From: a virus
Lineage: Duplodnaviria > Caudoviricetes
Virus record (IMG/VR): IMGVR_UViG_3300032236_000207
Location: 1 to 62,845 of that record
Direction: 5' to 3' (one strand)
DNA length: 62,845 nucleotides
Below the pieces are notes generated by a model. The model was not told where the DNA came from. It saw nothing but the letters and a program-made list of their open reading frames with translations, and searched no databases. The translations under genes were made by a program, and so were the position numbers. Positions 37,924-47,812 of the stretch are shown here, piece after piece; position 1 is the first letter of the stretch, and each line of letters begins with the position of its first letter.

Positions 37924-38937
37924 TTAGTCGAAGTTACCGTATGGGTACACAGTCTGTGAACCAATGTTTCCATCAAGCTGTGTGTAGCGTGCGGTCATGT
38001 AGAAACGACCAGACAAGGCAGAACTAATTGTGTAGGTTAAGCCTGTGGGTGTACCAGTAGTGGTGGTAATTGCAGAACCGTCCAAGTTAACCAAGGAGAA
38101 GCCCGTGATAGTACCAGCGCCACCAGTAGCAGTTGCTACCAAATAGCTAGTTGGGTTTGAGTAACCGCTAATTGAGCCTGTGCCGCCCAATGTGCCAGAA
38201 ATTGTCACTGTTTGACCAACAGCCAAGAAAGCGTTAGATGTACAAGTGAAAGTACCAGCTGTGTCGGAGATTGCCGCACCTGCAATGGTTGCAGTAGCAG
38301 TACGTGTATCCAAGTTAGTACCAACAATCGCTACAGTAAACACAACTTGTGAGAGCAAAGAACCGTATGGGTCAGTGTTTTGACCACCGCCGTTAGCAGA
38401 AGGTGGGTTGGTGATGTCACCACTGGTTTGACCGTGGTTGTAGAGTTGCTGGTAAGTGAAGGTAGACAACGCTTGACGACCAACAGAACTGATTGCACCA
38501 GTCTTGTAGTAGCGTGCAGTACCGCCAGCGGCTGTGTAGTTGTTAGAGATGTACACAGTGGTAGAACTGATAGCAGCAGAACCACCAGAAACAGCGGGGA
38601 CAATACCAACGTCAACAAAGACGTCGTCTAAGTTACTACCATAAGGCAAATACATAACGCAGCCACGATAGACGTTGGTTGCTGTATCTGCGGGGATTGT
38701 TTGTGCTACAGGTGGGTACACCGTGGCAGAAGGCTGATAAACAGTCGCATTCTGGTTAGGAAGGTTATTGCTGTTTACGAACTGACCAGAACCACCACCA
38801 TAGGGGTATGTTCCATTAGTTGTGTTAGTAAAGTCTAAGTCGCAATACTGAACGAGGTCGGTATAACCTACGTTGCGTAATGGACCGAATTTGTTGTTGC
38901 CCTGTAGAACTGGGCCATCGAATGTGGAACGTGCCAT
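37924..38937 (-). CDS. Capsid-associated/decoration protein
   Basis: MARSTFDGPV N-terminus; directly downstream of the major capsid gene. Confidence 0.6.
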   Translation of the reverse strand: MARSTFDGPVLQGNNKFGPLRNVGYTDLVQYCDLDFTNTTNGTYPYGGGSGQFVNSNNLPNQNATVYQPSATVYPPVAQTIPADTATNVYRGCVMYLPYGSNLDDVFVDVGIVPAVSGGSAAISSTTVYISNNYTAAGGTARYYKTGAISSVGRQALSTFTYQQLYNHGQTSGDITNPPSANGGGQNTDPYGSLLSQVVFTVAIVGTNLDTRTATATIAGAAISDTAGTFTCTSNAFLAVGQTVTISGTLGGTGSISGYSNPTSYLVATATGGAGTITGFSLVNLDGSAITTTTGTPTGLTYTISSALSGRFYMTARYTQLDGNIGSQTVYPYGNFD

Positions 38938-38947
38938 GATTAAAAAT

Positions 38948-39020
38948 CCTTATGCAAAAGTGTCTTACCGGTCGTTGCATCGTCTGCTGGGGCAGTGGGG
39001 GTAAGACGGATCACCCAGAT
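38948..39020 (-). ncRNA. Candidate pseudoknotted cis-regulatory RNA downstream of the capsid gene (possibly Mu-gpT-DE-like)
   Basis: GUCUUACC/GGUAAGAC stem, CUGC-CCCA-GCAG hairpin, extra pairings CUGGG/CCCAG and AUGCAA/UUGCAU. Confidence 0.55.
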
Positions 39021-39026
39021 GTTTGG

Positions 39027-39054
39027 AATATACACCATATTTCTATGGTGTCAA
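39027..39054 (-). promoter_or_regulatory. Sigma70-type promoter after the capsid terminator
   Basis: TTGACA-16 nt-TATATT; spacer holds the inverted repeat CACCATA-N4-TATGGTG. Confidence 0.55.
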
Positions 39055-39055
39055 C

Positions 39056-39083
39056 AAAAAAGGGGGCTTGTGACCCCCTTTTT
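39056..39083 (-). terminator. Rho-independent terminator after the major capsid gene
   Basis: AAAAAGGGG-loop-CCCCTTTTTT immediately after the stop. Confidence 0.75.
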
Positions 39084-39084
39084 C

Positions 39085-39996
39085 TTAGAATGAACCAGAT
39101 GAGCCGTAAACGCCCAAAGGATCAGACCAGCCGAAGCTATAACGCTCACGAGCCTTGTAACGGACGTTACCAGTATCGAAGTCGCCGTCCATGCTGTTTT
39201 GCAGCGGTGTACGAACGAAGTGCTTCAAACCGTTAGGCACGTCTGTAGTCAAGAACCAAGCATTGTTGTCAGTCAGATAGTGGTTAATTGTGTAACCTTC
39301 TGGAATGGCACCGTTGTTCTTCAATGCGTTGATGTCGTTGTTGTTAGTTCCAACGCGGAGGCTGGTTTCCAACAAACGAGTAGCAACGAATTGCAATGCT
39401 GGTGGGATGATGAGCTTCTTAGGCTTAGCAGCGATCAAGAGGCCACGCTCGTCTGTCCAAGCGGCGATACCGATAACAGCGGCTTCCAAAGAAGTCTCGT
39501 TAAGGTCTGCTTGAGTAGTAGGAGTGTTAGCGTTGGTACCGCCGTTAACCAAAGGATGTGCAGAGGAGAACAAAGGTACGCCGTCACCGCCAGTAACCTG
39601 AGCAGAGAAGCCATTGTTCAAAACTGCAGCAGCTTTGATTTGCTTGGTGTAAGCCATAGCGCGAGCCAAACCTTTGGTGTAGCGAGCTGACAAAGAATCG
39701 TAGAGGTTATCTTCGATAGCTTCTTCAGTGATCGCAAAGCCCAAGGCAATGGTTTCGTGGTTATAGCGAGTAGTCCATGCCTCTTGTGCATTGTCATAGG
39801 CGATGGCAGAACCTTCAGCCTTGACAGGAGCAGCAGAGAAGCCAGACAGCTTGGTTTCCTCTTCGAAAGAACGCTCAGAAGTCTCTGTTTCGTAGATCTC
39901 TTTGTGCTCTTCGCCGTAGCGAGCGTACTCGAGACCGAACAATGCGTTCAAGCCGGGAAGGAGTTCTTTAAGTAGTTGTGCGCGTGAAATAGCCAT
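39085..39996 (-). CDS. Major capsid protein (Mu gpT-like family)
   Basis: MAISRAQLLKELLPGLNALFG..DFDTGNVRYKARERYSFGWSDP; biased codon usage; terminator follows. Confidence 0.88.
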   Translation of the reverse strand: MAISRAQLLKELLPGLNALFGLEYARYGEEHKEIYETETSERSFEEETKLSGFSAAPVKAEGSAIAYDNAQEAWTTRYNHETIALGFAITEEAIEDNLYDSLSARYTKGLARAMAYTKQIKAAAVLNNGFSAQVTGGDGVPLFSSAHPLVNGGTNANTPTTQADLNETSLEAAVIGIAAWTDERGLLIAAKPKKLIIPPALQFVATRLLETSLRVGTNNNDINALKNNGAIPEGYTINHYLTDNNAWFLTTDVPNGLKHFVRTPLQNSMDGDFDTGNVRYKARERYSFGWSDPLGVYGSSGSF

Positions 39997-40009
39997 GTTA
40001 AATTACTCC

Positions 40010-40852
40010 TTAAACGGCAGTAGCTGTGTAGTACTCATGGATACCAAAGTTGATCTTAACGAGCATCTCTGGGATTTGAGTAAACACAATGGTTGAACCG
40101 GACGGGATGGTCGTTGCCGATAATCCCAACGAAGTGGTTGCCACGTTGATGGTTACGCTTGTAGAACCAGCAGAAGCTGCGGTTGTTACAAAAGAACCAG
40201 TGCGAACGATTTGACCGTTAGAAGCTACATAAGACACGTCAGTACCTGCAACGATAGCGCTAGGCAAGCCAGAGCCAGTCAAGGTAATAGTAGTGCTGCT
40301 AGAGCTACCTGTTGCAGACACAGCAGAAGCTGTATCAGGCACAACGCCAACGACACGCATTGGGAAGGTGCTAGTAGTCAAAGTTGCAGAGTACAACAAA
40401 GCATTTGACGAGTTACCTGTTGAAGCGCTACCAACAGTGTTAATCATTTGGTAGTTCTGACCCACCATAGCATAGCTGCCAGATGCGACGGTTGTACCAG
40501 ATGAGCAAACAACTGCTTTGAACACAGTATCAGGATCATCACAAACAATAGCCACTGCGTCGCCAGACAGCGTACCGCCGGGCCAGTATTGTGCAAATGT
40601 CTTTTGTTTTGTCAATGGATTGGTGTAAGAGCATCCTAAGAAAACTCCGACCATTCCAGAGGCGCCACCACCAGTAGAAACTGCGAGACGCTGAGCAAAA
40701 CCTTGAGCCACTTTGACGAAATCGCCATAGTAAATGCTCGTAGCTTCACCGTACTGAATAGGTACTTCACGAGTAGAACCCGCGAATACCTGACCTCCGA
40801 TCAGATTGATCGGTTTTAGACCGTAGGGGGCCGAAACCGTTGGGTAAGCCAT
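40010..40852 (-). CDS. Capsid cement/minor capsid protein
   Basis: PYGLKP..GVFLGCSY..DDPD pattern; directly upstream of the capsid gene. Confidence 0.6.
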   Translation of the reverse strand: MAYPTVSAPYGLKPINLIGGQVFAGSTREVPIQYGEATSIYYGDFVKVAQGFAQRLAVSTGGGASGMVGVFLGCSYTNPLTKQKTFAQYWPGGTLSGDAVAIVCDDPDTVFKAVVCSSGTTVASGSYAMVGQNYQMINTVGSASTGNSSNALLYSATLTTSTFPMRVVGVVPDTASAVSATGSSSSTTITLTGSGLPSAIVAGTDVSYVASNGQIVRTGSFVTTAASAGSTSVTINVATTSLGLSATTIPSGSTIVFTQIPEMLVKINFGIHEYYTATAV

Positions 40853-40871
40853 TTAAGACTCCTTGAAAAAG

Positions 40872-41351
40872 TTAAGTACCAGAACCGAACGTCACTTTTG
40901 TCGATTTTTCAGAGAACTTCGACATCCGTGGGTCGCTATCTTTCATGAAATTGTTATCTACAGATTCCATCGTCTGCTTGTTAAGCTTCGAGAAGTGTGC
41001 TTCGCGTTGCTTCAAGAATTCCGAAGGAATGCTACAGAGAACTAAACCTCCTACTTCAATGTTGCCTTTAAAGCGACCTTCAGTAGAAGCGTGCATCATC
41101 ATTTCAGGATAGTCTTCCGCTTTCACGGGTTCATATCCTTCTCTCAACTTGCCAGAGATATTTTGCACATCAGGCACACCTAGCATACTGACTCGTACCC
41201 AGCGGTGTGTAATTCCTTCGCGTGGAAAAGGTGAAGGTAGAGCTTCGGGAGCTTGCCATGATGTAGGACGCTGCATTGCTGCACGCGTTACTACGGGGTC
41301 TAACTCGCGGGCTAAACGATTTTGTGCTTTTTCAGCTTTTGCCTGTTCCAT
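40872..41351 (-). CDS. Conserved head-module protein
   Basis: HRWVR..REGYEPV..GGLVL. Confidence 0.65.
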   Translation of the reverse strand: MEQAKAEKAQNRLARELDPVVTRAAMQRPTSWQAPEALPSPFPREGITHRWVRVSMLGVPDVQNISGKLREGYEPVKAEDYPEMMMHASTEGRFKGNIEVGGLVLCSIPSEFLKQREAHFSKLNKQTMESVDNNFMKDSDPRMSKFSEKSTKVTFGSGT

Positions 41352-41353
41352 TT

Positions 41354-42337
41354 TTATCCTCTTTTAAGTTGTGCAACCTGTTTCGCATATTCTTCAATCG
41401 GCACCCCAAGACGACGCGCGATGGCGGCTTCGGATGCCTTTAGCTTTATGCGGTTAGGCGGAGTACTACGTGAGGCAGAGCCTACAACCGTAGTGATTTT
41501 TTGTGCACGGCGTGGGGGTTCATCATCCTCATCAACCGGTTCTGACACTCTTTTCTTTGGAGGCGGCGTGTCATCCTCATCGCTCTGAACATCTTCAAAA
41601 TGCTCAGGAAATCTTTTGCGCATTGTTTTATCAATGGTTTCGAAGTACTTTTCAGTACCTACATAGTCAGGACCATACAACTTTTGTAACTTCCTGTCAA
41701 TACCCATTGCAGCCATAGTCATCTCATCATCAACTCCCCACCAATCATTGTTGGAATTTATCCACTTTTGAGTGCGGGGGTTAATCTGAGGTGCTTCTGA
41801 TTTTGCTGGAGTGTACTCCTTTTCCTCTACTTCTATTGGACGCAACCCTTGGGCTTTATCCAATTTCAAAGTAGCCCTAGCAATTTCTGCTTGGGCATCG
41901 GCAATAGCGTCCACGTCACCGTTCTCGTAGGCTTCCTTGTACTTCTTCTTGGCAGTTGCCAATTCCAAGTCCGCAGAAGTTTGAGACTGTTCAATGAATG
42001 CTTTACTACCAGTAGATAGCTGCTGTTGAAGACGTTTGTTTTCTTCAAACACTTGTTTAGCAAAGGCTTCTGCCGCTTCGCGTTCGCGTTGGGCTTCTTC
42101 TTTTGCTCGGCGTTCATCGTGATAACCACGGGTGAACTTCTTGATACGCGCCTGTACCTTCTCGTCGTACGAAGCTAACTCGTCTTCGGTTGGGTCTTCA
42201 GGTGGGCCTTCGGGGTCTGGACGGCGACGTCTATCTTCCTTGGGGGTATCGTCTTCAATTTCTACTTCAAACTTGTCGTCTTCAGCAGCAATATCGTCCT
42301 TATCAGGATCGGGTAACTCAAAGTTAGGTAATGCCAT
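41354..42337 (-). CDS. Putative capsid scaffolding protein
   Basis: Acidic N-terminus, long coiled coil, ARRLGVPIEEYAK C-terminus. Confidence 0.65.
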   Translation of the reverse strand: MALPNFELPDPDKDDIAAEDDKFEVEIEDDTPKEDRRRRPDPEGPPEDPTEDELASYDEKVQARIKKFTRGYHDERRAKEEAQREREAAEAFAKQVFEENKRLQQQLSTGSKAFIEQSQTSADLELATAKKKYKEAYENGDVDAIADAQAEIARATLKLDKAQGLRPIEVEEKEYTPAKSEAPQINPRTQKWINSNNDWWGVDDEMTMAAMGIDRKLQKLYGPDYVGTEKYFETIDKTMRKRFPEHFEDVQSDEDDTPPPKKRVSEPVDEDDEPPRRAQKITTVVGSASRSTPPNRIKLKASEAAIARRLGVPIEEYAKQVAQLKRG

Positions 42338-42347
42338 TTGTTACTCC

Positions 42348-42758
42348 TTAGGCAGCACGGGTAATACCGCGCGGGTCTTGCACAACGGCCTCGACTGAGG
42401 TATCCGCAATGATGCGGAACTCACGACCGTGAATCTTCAAGCGGGTGCCTGAATTGGGGCGAACGATGACAAAGTCACCAACTTGGCAGCTAGGTCCGTT
42501 TGGAAAACGGGTAGCGTCTTTATAGCAATCAGGTCCCATCTTCACCACAAATAGCACTGGGGTCAGTACTTCTTCATAGTGCATAGATTGACTGGACTTG
42601 ACGATACCAGCTTCACTATCAGCAAACTCTTCCATCGCTTCGGGAACGACAGTCAGTAAGTAATAGGTAGATGGATCGGGCAACTGCTTCGCTTTGTCCT
42701 CATCACTCCTGTTAAGAATGCCGGACAAGTCCACAGCGGAAACATCAAACTCACTCAT
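42348..42758 (-). CDS. groES: GroES-like co-chaperonin
   Basis: AGIV..VVKMGPD..VGDFV..GT..IHGREFRII.D..VEAVV. Confidence 0.8.
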   Translation of the reverse strand: MSEFDVSAVDLSGILNRSDEDKAKQLPDPSTYYLLTVVPEAMEEFADSEAGIVKSSQSMHYEEVLTPVLFVVKMGPDCYKDATRFPNGPSCQVGDFVIVRPNSGTRLKIHGREFRIIADTSVEAVVQDPRGITRAA

Positions 42759-42945
42759 CGGAATACTCCATTTTTTGCACGAGGTCTTTGACAAGTTGTT
42801 CTGCATGAGTCAGACCCCGGATGACCCCGCAGACATGCCGATACTCGGCAAAGTCTTTAGCACCTCCTCCTGCGAGGAAGGTAATTTGATCGCCTCGAAG
42901 CTTGTCAACTTCTTTGGCTAAATACTGAAACGCTTGTGTGCTCAT
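42751..42945 (-). CDS. Conserved hypothetical protein
   Basis: DFAEYRHVCGVIRGL; lies between portal and GroES. Confidence 0.65.
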   Translation of the reverse strand: MSTQAFQYLAKEVDKLRGDQITFLAGGGAKDFAEYRHVCGVIRGLTHAEQLVKDLVQKMEYSDE

Positions 42946-43063
42946 TTGCTTTTCCAGCCAATTTCTTTATTGAGCCAACCAATCCCAATCCAAAATCCAT
43001 CTTCGAATCCAAATGCAAGCACAGGCCATACGAGATAGTGTGGTTGGTCTTTTTCAACGTAGA

Positions 43064-45520
43064 TCATTTTTTCTCCTTCTTAGGGGGTTGTTGTTTTTGG
43101 TGCAACTGCACAGCCATACGCATACCTTCGGCCTGCTGTTGCTTCTCCAACTGGTCGCGCTTAGCAGCGGACTGTGCGCCAACCTGCATAGCTGCAATCT
43201 GCATCTGCGTTTTGATTCGCTCTTCTTCGATACGGATCTGGTCGGCTTTTGCTGCGGCATCTGCGGCTTGCTTCTGTGCCTTGAGCTGGAGGTCTTGCTG
43301 CTTGAGCTGCAACTCTTGCATCTGCATTTGAACCACAGGGTCTTGCATCTGTTGTTGCGCTTGCTGCTGTGCGGCTTGTTGTTTGTCGCGTTGCAGTAAC
43401 TGCTGTGATGCTTGGGCTGTAGCCATAGCAATTTGATCTGCCATCTCTGGAGGCATGTGTTTGTTTTGCTCTTCGCCGGGAAGCGGATGACCAATCGCCA
43501 TCTCAACCTGCTTGCGATACTCAAACGCAATGTGCTCGTTAATGTGCGCCATAGCCGCTGCTTGGATAGCTTGGGCTTGTGGGTTCATCGCCATTAACTG
43601 TTGAATTTTCGGATTCTGTATAGCAGCCATGTGCACTTGGATATGCGCCTCGTGGTTCTGCTCAATAAACGCTTTGACAGGTTTGCCAGTCAACAAGTTC
43701 TGATTCTCCTGCACTGGGTCTGTCGGCACTTGGTCGTCTTCAACAGGCACAAGTTTGTTGGCATTCTTGATACCCAACACCTCAATCATCTGGCGATGCA
43801 AGAGTGGCAAGTTGTACAACTGTGGGGCTGACTGAGCAAGCTGGAGAACCGCTTGATACTGCACAATCTTTTGCGCCATTGTTGCGGCGTTTGGATCGCT
43901 AACAGGAATCACATCTGTTGAGTCGTAGTCAGACTTCTTAGCCTTGCGACCTGCGTCTTCTGGCTCATAGTCGTACTCTTCTGGTGTGTAGTCTGCGATG
44001 ATTATTTTGAGTAGTTTGAACTCTTGTTTCATCGCATAGTGCAAGCGAGCCTGCACTGCTGTCATCACTTTTAGTGTGCGCTCTAGTAGGGCTAGTGTCG
44101 TACCCACTGGAGCGTTTGCGCTCATGTCGCTGACGTTCATGTCCCCACTCGATGCAAAGGCGCGGCCTTCTTGCACGATTTGCTGAAACAAGCTCATCAA
44201 TACTTGGCTTGGCTCCTTGTATGGAAGCGGTAAGATGTTGTCACGGATACTTCCGGAAGGGACATCTACGTCCCTGAATTCCCCGGGCTGAATCGGCGTG
44301 TCATCACCTTTAATCCGAAGTCCTCTTGATTTAAGTCCTCCGGGGAGATTTGATAGAGTGCCCGCGTCAACAAGTTGGCGGATGAGCATCGTTGCTGATT
44401 TAGCATATCCTCCGATGAGGTGGATGAGGCCGTATCCGTAGAAGCCAAATCCGGGGATGTATTGGTAGTGGACAAAGTGTTGTCGCTTGGTGTGGAGGAT
44501 GTCGTCTTCATACCAATTTCTCCTAATGGCAAGAACAGTGCGGGAAGTTTTCTCTACTGTAACAACATACGGCAGGGCGATACCTGTCTCACGACCTTTT
44601 TTATCTTTGTGCTCAAACCCTTTCAAGTCCAAGTTGACGTGCATCTCGAGGATACGATAGCGGTCATCCTGAGTGGCAGACATACCTGTCTCTTCAGCTT
44701 TTTGCTTCTCAACATCATCTAGCTCATAGCCGGGCTCACCTAAATCTACATCACAGTAGAAGCCTGCTTCTTGTAGCTTGACAACTTCATTCTCAGTCTT
44801 ACGCATGACGTGCGTAACGCGGTCGGCATCCTCAATACTTGACGCGCCATATGGCACAACAATGTCTTCCGCTGGAATGAACACCGCTACTTGACGACCC
44901 TTGCTTGGATCGTAGTAGACCTTTTTGAACGCAGAGCCTGCAAGTGGTAACGACCACAAGAGCTTTTCATGCTCAGGTCTGTACTCAGTCATCACATCTG
45001 TGAGCTGATAGTTCATGTCCTCGCGTACGCGCGCGGCAGCTTCTTCACGAAGTAAATCAATCGCACCAACGATCTGCGTCTTAACTGGACCCATCGCTGG
45101 GAACGTCTCCATCATGGCTTCTGACTGGAAACGCACAACAGACTCTGTGAGCATTGGGTGGAACACACCGCACGCACCCTGCCAAGGTTCAGTTCTTTCT
45201 TCGTAGTTCAAACCCAGCAACTTCAGGCCATCAACATATGTCTTGATCCAATCTTTGCGGTCCATCGAATCTTTATCGAAGTCAGCAACTAACTCTTCCG
45301 CAAGGCCAGACAACTCTCCGTCGTCCATGTACTCGGCAAGGTTGGCATCAAACGTCTCTGCCGTTTCTTTCTCGGGCTTGAGCTGGACTTCTATATCACC
45401 TGCGTGAATATCCACAGCTTCTGGGTCTTCAATCTCAATCTCCAAATCTGGCTGCTCTGCTAGTTGAGAGAGACCCATAGGAGCCTGATACAAACCTTTG
45501 TCCATCATGCCTGTTGCCAT
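43064..45520 (-). CDS. Portal protein
   Basis: 818 aa after TerL; GSAFKKVYYD, GFYGYG, Gln-rich C-terminal barrel. Confidence 0.88.
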   Translation of the reverse strand: MATGMMDKGLYQAPMGLSQLAEQPDLEIEIEDPEAVDIHAGDIEVQLKPEKETAETFDANLAEYMDDGELSGLAEELVADFDKDSMDRKDWIKTYVDGLKLLGLNYEERTEPWQGACGVFHPMLTESVVRFQSEAMMETFPAMGPVKTQIVGAIDLLREEAAARVREDMNYQLTDVMTEYRPEHEKLLWSLPLAGSAFKKVYYDPSKGRQVAVFIPAEDIVVPYGASSIEDADRVTHVMRKTENEVVKLQEAGFYCDVDLGEPGYELDDVEKQKAEETGMSATQDDRYRILEMHVNLDLKGFEHKDKKGRETGIALPYVVTVEKTSRTVLAIRRNWYEDDILHTKRQHFVHYQYIPGFGFYGYGLIHLIGGYAKSATMLIRQLVDAGTLSNLPGGLKSRGLRIKGDDTPIQPGEFRDVDVPSGSIRDNILPLPYKEPSQVLMSLFQQIVQEGRAFASSGDMNVSDMSANAPVGTTLALLERTLKVMTAVQARLHYAMKQEFKLLKIIIADYTPEEYDYEPEDAGRKAKKSDYDSTDVIPVSDPNAATMAQKIVQYQAVLQLAQSAPQLYNLPLLHRQMIEVLGIKNANKLVPVEDDQVPTDPVQENQNLLTGKPVKAFIEQNHEAHIQVHMAAIQNPKIQQLMAMNPQAQAIQAAAMAHINEHIAFEYRKQVEMAIGHPLPGEEQNKHMPPEMADQIAMATAQASQQLLQRDKQQAAQQQAQQQMQDPVVQMQMQELQLKQQDLQLKAQKQAADAAAKADQIRIEEERIKTQMQIAAMQVGAQSAAKRDQLEKQQQAEGMRMAVQLHQKQQPPKKEKK

Positions 45521-45528
45521 ATCAATCC

Positions 45529-47055
45529 TTAAACGGTGTAGTACTTGTCACGGTGGTATCCCTTGAACCACTTAATATCTTCAGGCTCATCGCTTGGTAA
45601 GCGTAAGAACCCACCCTGTCTAAACCTCATCAGTGCTAATGTAGTCGCGTCAACCAAGTCATCATGAGCGCCTGAGGGAAACTCGGCGATCTCATCCACT
45701 AACTCTTCCGCCCAACGCGTCTCAGGCACCCACACTTTTCCAGACGCGATTATGTCCGATACTGCGTTAAGTCTGGCAATTTTGTCTTGGCCTTTACCCG
45801 GCGTGAACTCCTGCACGGGTATGCCCATAGACCTGAGCTCATATATTAGTGGCGCTCCGGTAGCTTTCTTCTCAATCAACACGCCATCAGGTTCGAACTG
45901 TTCGTATTCTGCCAACACGTCGCGTTTCAAGTCAGGCCACTCAACCCGTTTGCGGTATGTGTTTAACAAGATAATGTTTGGCATCCCGTGGTCTTCATGC
46001 AGGTAAAAAATCCCCCACGTTGTCCCAGCGGAATAGTCAGCCCGATTGTTTTTCTCAAACGCCGTATCCCACGTCTGCAAAATAAACTCGCATGGTGGTG
46101 GCGTCGGCTTGTCCCAAATCTGCCACCAGTCTCGCTTAACGATAGCACTCTCATTACCTACAGGGTTTTGCTGGTACTGCGCCTGCCACTTACTATTAGG
46201 CAGTTCTTCCTTGAGCGCGGCCAATTCTTCTAGTGACCAAAACTGAGGCCATAGGGGATTACCCGAAGGCAAGATGGCAGGAAACTCGATGACTTCCCAC
46301 TCTTCTCCGTTACGTGCAGCGGATGCTTTCAGCACCTGACCGGTCAAATCCCTCTGCGACCAGCGCGTCATAACTATAACAATAGCTCCCCCCGGCTGGA
46401 GACGCTGACGCGGACCGGACGTATACCACTCGTACACCTTGTCGTAAACATCTGGGTTGCTCGCTGCCATAGCAGCTTCTTGTTCTGAATGCGGGTCGTC
46501 TATTATTAGTACGTCAGCACCCTTACCTGTAACCGCACCGCCCACACCGATCGCAAAATAGTCACCGCCTTTGGATGTGTTCCACCGGCCAGCCGCTTTC
46601 GAGTCCACCTGCAGGTGCAAGTCGGGAAAGATATTGTTATAAATATCAGAGTCCACCAAGTTACGGACTTTACGACCGAAACCTACCGCAAGCTCAGCAG
46701 TATGTGATGCTTGAATAACCTTTTTGTGCGGAAACTTTCCCAGAAACCACGCTGGAAGTAGATATGAAGCGAACTCAGACTTAGTGTGACGAGGGGGCAT
46801 GTTGATAATAAGGCGCTTACATTTTCCACTTGCTACCCTCTCAAAAGCTTCAGCCATACGCTTGTGGTGTGCGCCTGAGATGAAGGTAGGCCACACTTTT
46901 TCCACAAATTTAATGAATCTTTGCTGCGAAAGTTCCCTATCTTTGAGCTTTTCGAGCTTTGTAAGCTGCGCTTCGAGCACCCGCAGGTCTGTATCGGACA
47001 GTTTGCCGCTATTTATTAGGGCTTCAACGTCTTTGAGCGAGATATTTGTGCTCAT
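45529..47055 (-). CDS. terL: Terminase large subunit
   Basis: PPRHTKS Walker A variant, IIDDP Walker B, WDTA..DYSA, HDDLVDA nuclease motifs. Confidence 0.93.
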   Translation of the reverse strand: MSTNISLKDVEALINSGKLSDTDLRVLEAQLTKLEKLKDRELSQQRFIKFVEKVWPTFISGAHHKRMAEAFERVASGKCKRLIINMPPRHTKSEFASYLLPAWFLGKFPHKKVIQASHTAELAVGFGRKVRNLVDSDIYNNIFPDLHLQVDSKAAGRWNTSKGGDYFAIGVGGAVTGKGADVLIIDDPHSEQEAAMAASNPDVYDKVYEWYTSGPRQRLQPGGAIVIVMTRWSQRDLTGQVLKASAARNGEEWEVIEFPAILPSGNPLWPQFWSLEELAALKEELPNSKWQAQYQQNPVGNESAIVKRDWWQIWDKPTPPPCEFILQTWDTAFEKNNRADYSAGTTWGIFYLHEDHGMPNIILLNTYRKRVEWPDLKRDVLAEYEQFEPDGVLIEKKATGAPLIYELRSMGIPVQEFTPGKGQDKIARLNAVSDIIASGKVWVPETRWAEELVDEIAEFPSGAHDDLVDATTLALMRFRQGGFLRLPSDEPEDIKWFKGYHRDKYYTV

Positions 47056-47663
47056 TCTTGCTCTTTTGTAGACACGTCGTCGTCCACATGTTCATTTTCT
47101 GGCGTTTTCTGTACATATTCGTCCAGTTCGTCCAGCTCATCGACCAAATTTGGCTTGATATCTGTAACATCCGCGTTCATCAGGCGTTTTATGCGCTCCT
47201 TGATGCTGTTTTCTAGCGAACTAGACGTGGTGTGGTGGATTGTTATCTCGCTGCGCTCAGTAAAGAGGCCAATATCTGAATGTTTTCCAAGCAGCTCGAG
47301 CGCCTTGAGCTCAATTTTTGGGTCGCCGCTGTCTGCTAATGTTATAAGTTTGTTCGTTATGAAATTACGAGCTTGTAATTGGTCACTGAACGCCTGAAAG
47401 TCAAATTGTTTTATTAGTACAGACGCGGCTTTTGCCTGCGCTGATACAGATACTGTCTTAGGGGTGGAGGACTTTTCCGCTCCTGTTATTAACTTACCCG
47501 CTTGCTCGAGCGATTTGTCGTCGTAATCTAATGAACCATCGAGTTGCTCAATGAAATCTGCAGTGTTGACAGCAATAGCTACGCTATCCGCATGAGTCTT
47601 AGGTTGCTCATCGGACAGGTCAAACGGAATTGGATGCTCCGCAGTTGGCTCAATATTTAACAT
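47052..47663 (-). CDS. Putative terminase small subunit
   Basis: Directly upstream of TerL; LKALELLGK..GLF motif. Confidence 0.65.
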   Translation of the reverse strand: MLNIEPTAEHPIPFDLSDEQPKTHADSVAIAVNTADFIEQLDGSLDYDDKSLEQAGKLITGAEKSSTPKTVSVSAQAKAASVLIKQFDFQAFSDQLQARNFITNKLITLADSGDPKIELKALELLGKHSDIGLFTERSEITIHHTTSSSLENSIKERIKRLMNADVTDIKPNLVDELDELDEYVQKTPENEHVDDDVSTKEQE

Positions 47664-47687
47664 GTGCACTTCCAAAAAAGAAGGGAT

Positions 47688-47785
47688 GTTGGTGACGGTC
47701 TATTTGCACTTATGGGTTTCCCCAGAGTAATCCGGTGTACCAACCCTGATCCCGACCTTGCGGTCTTGTAGAGATTTTCACCAAC
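47688..47785 (-). ncRNA. Candidate structured RNA upstream of the terminase operon
   Basis: GUUGGUGA/UCACCAAC closing stem; two GNRA hairpins (GACC-GCAA-GGUC, UGGG-GAAA-CCCA). Confidence 0.45.
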
Positions 47786-47812
47786 GGGCCCGACTATATC
47801 AGAAAAATATAT

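Noticed and set aside
7662-47397. Many + strand ORFs antisense to structural genes in the ORF track
   Set aside because: Shadow ORFs without RBS or motifs, overlapping well-supported - strand genes
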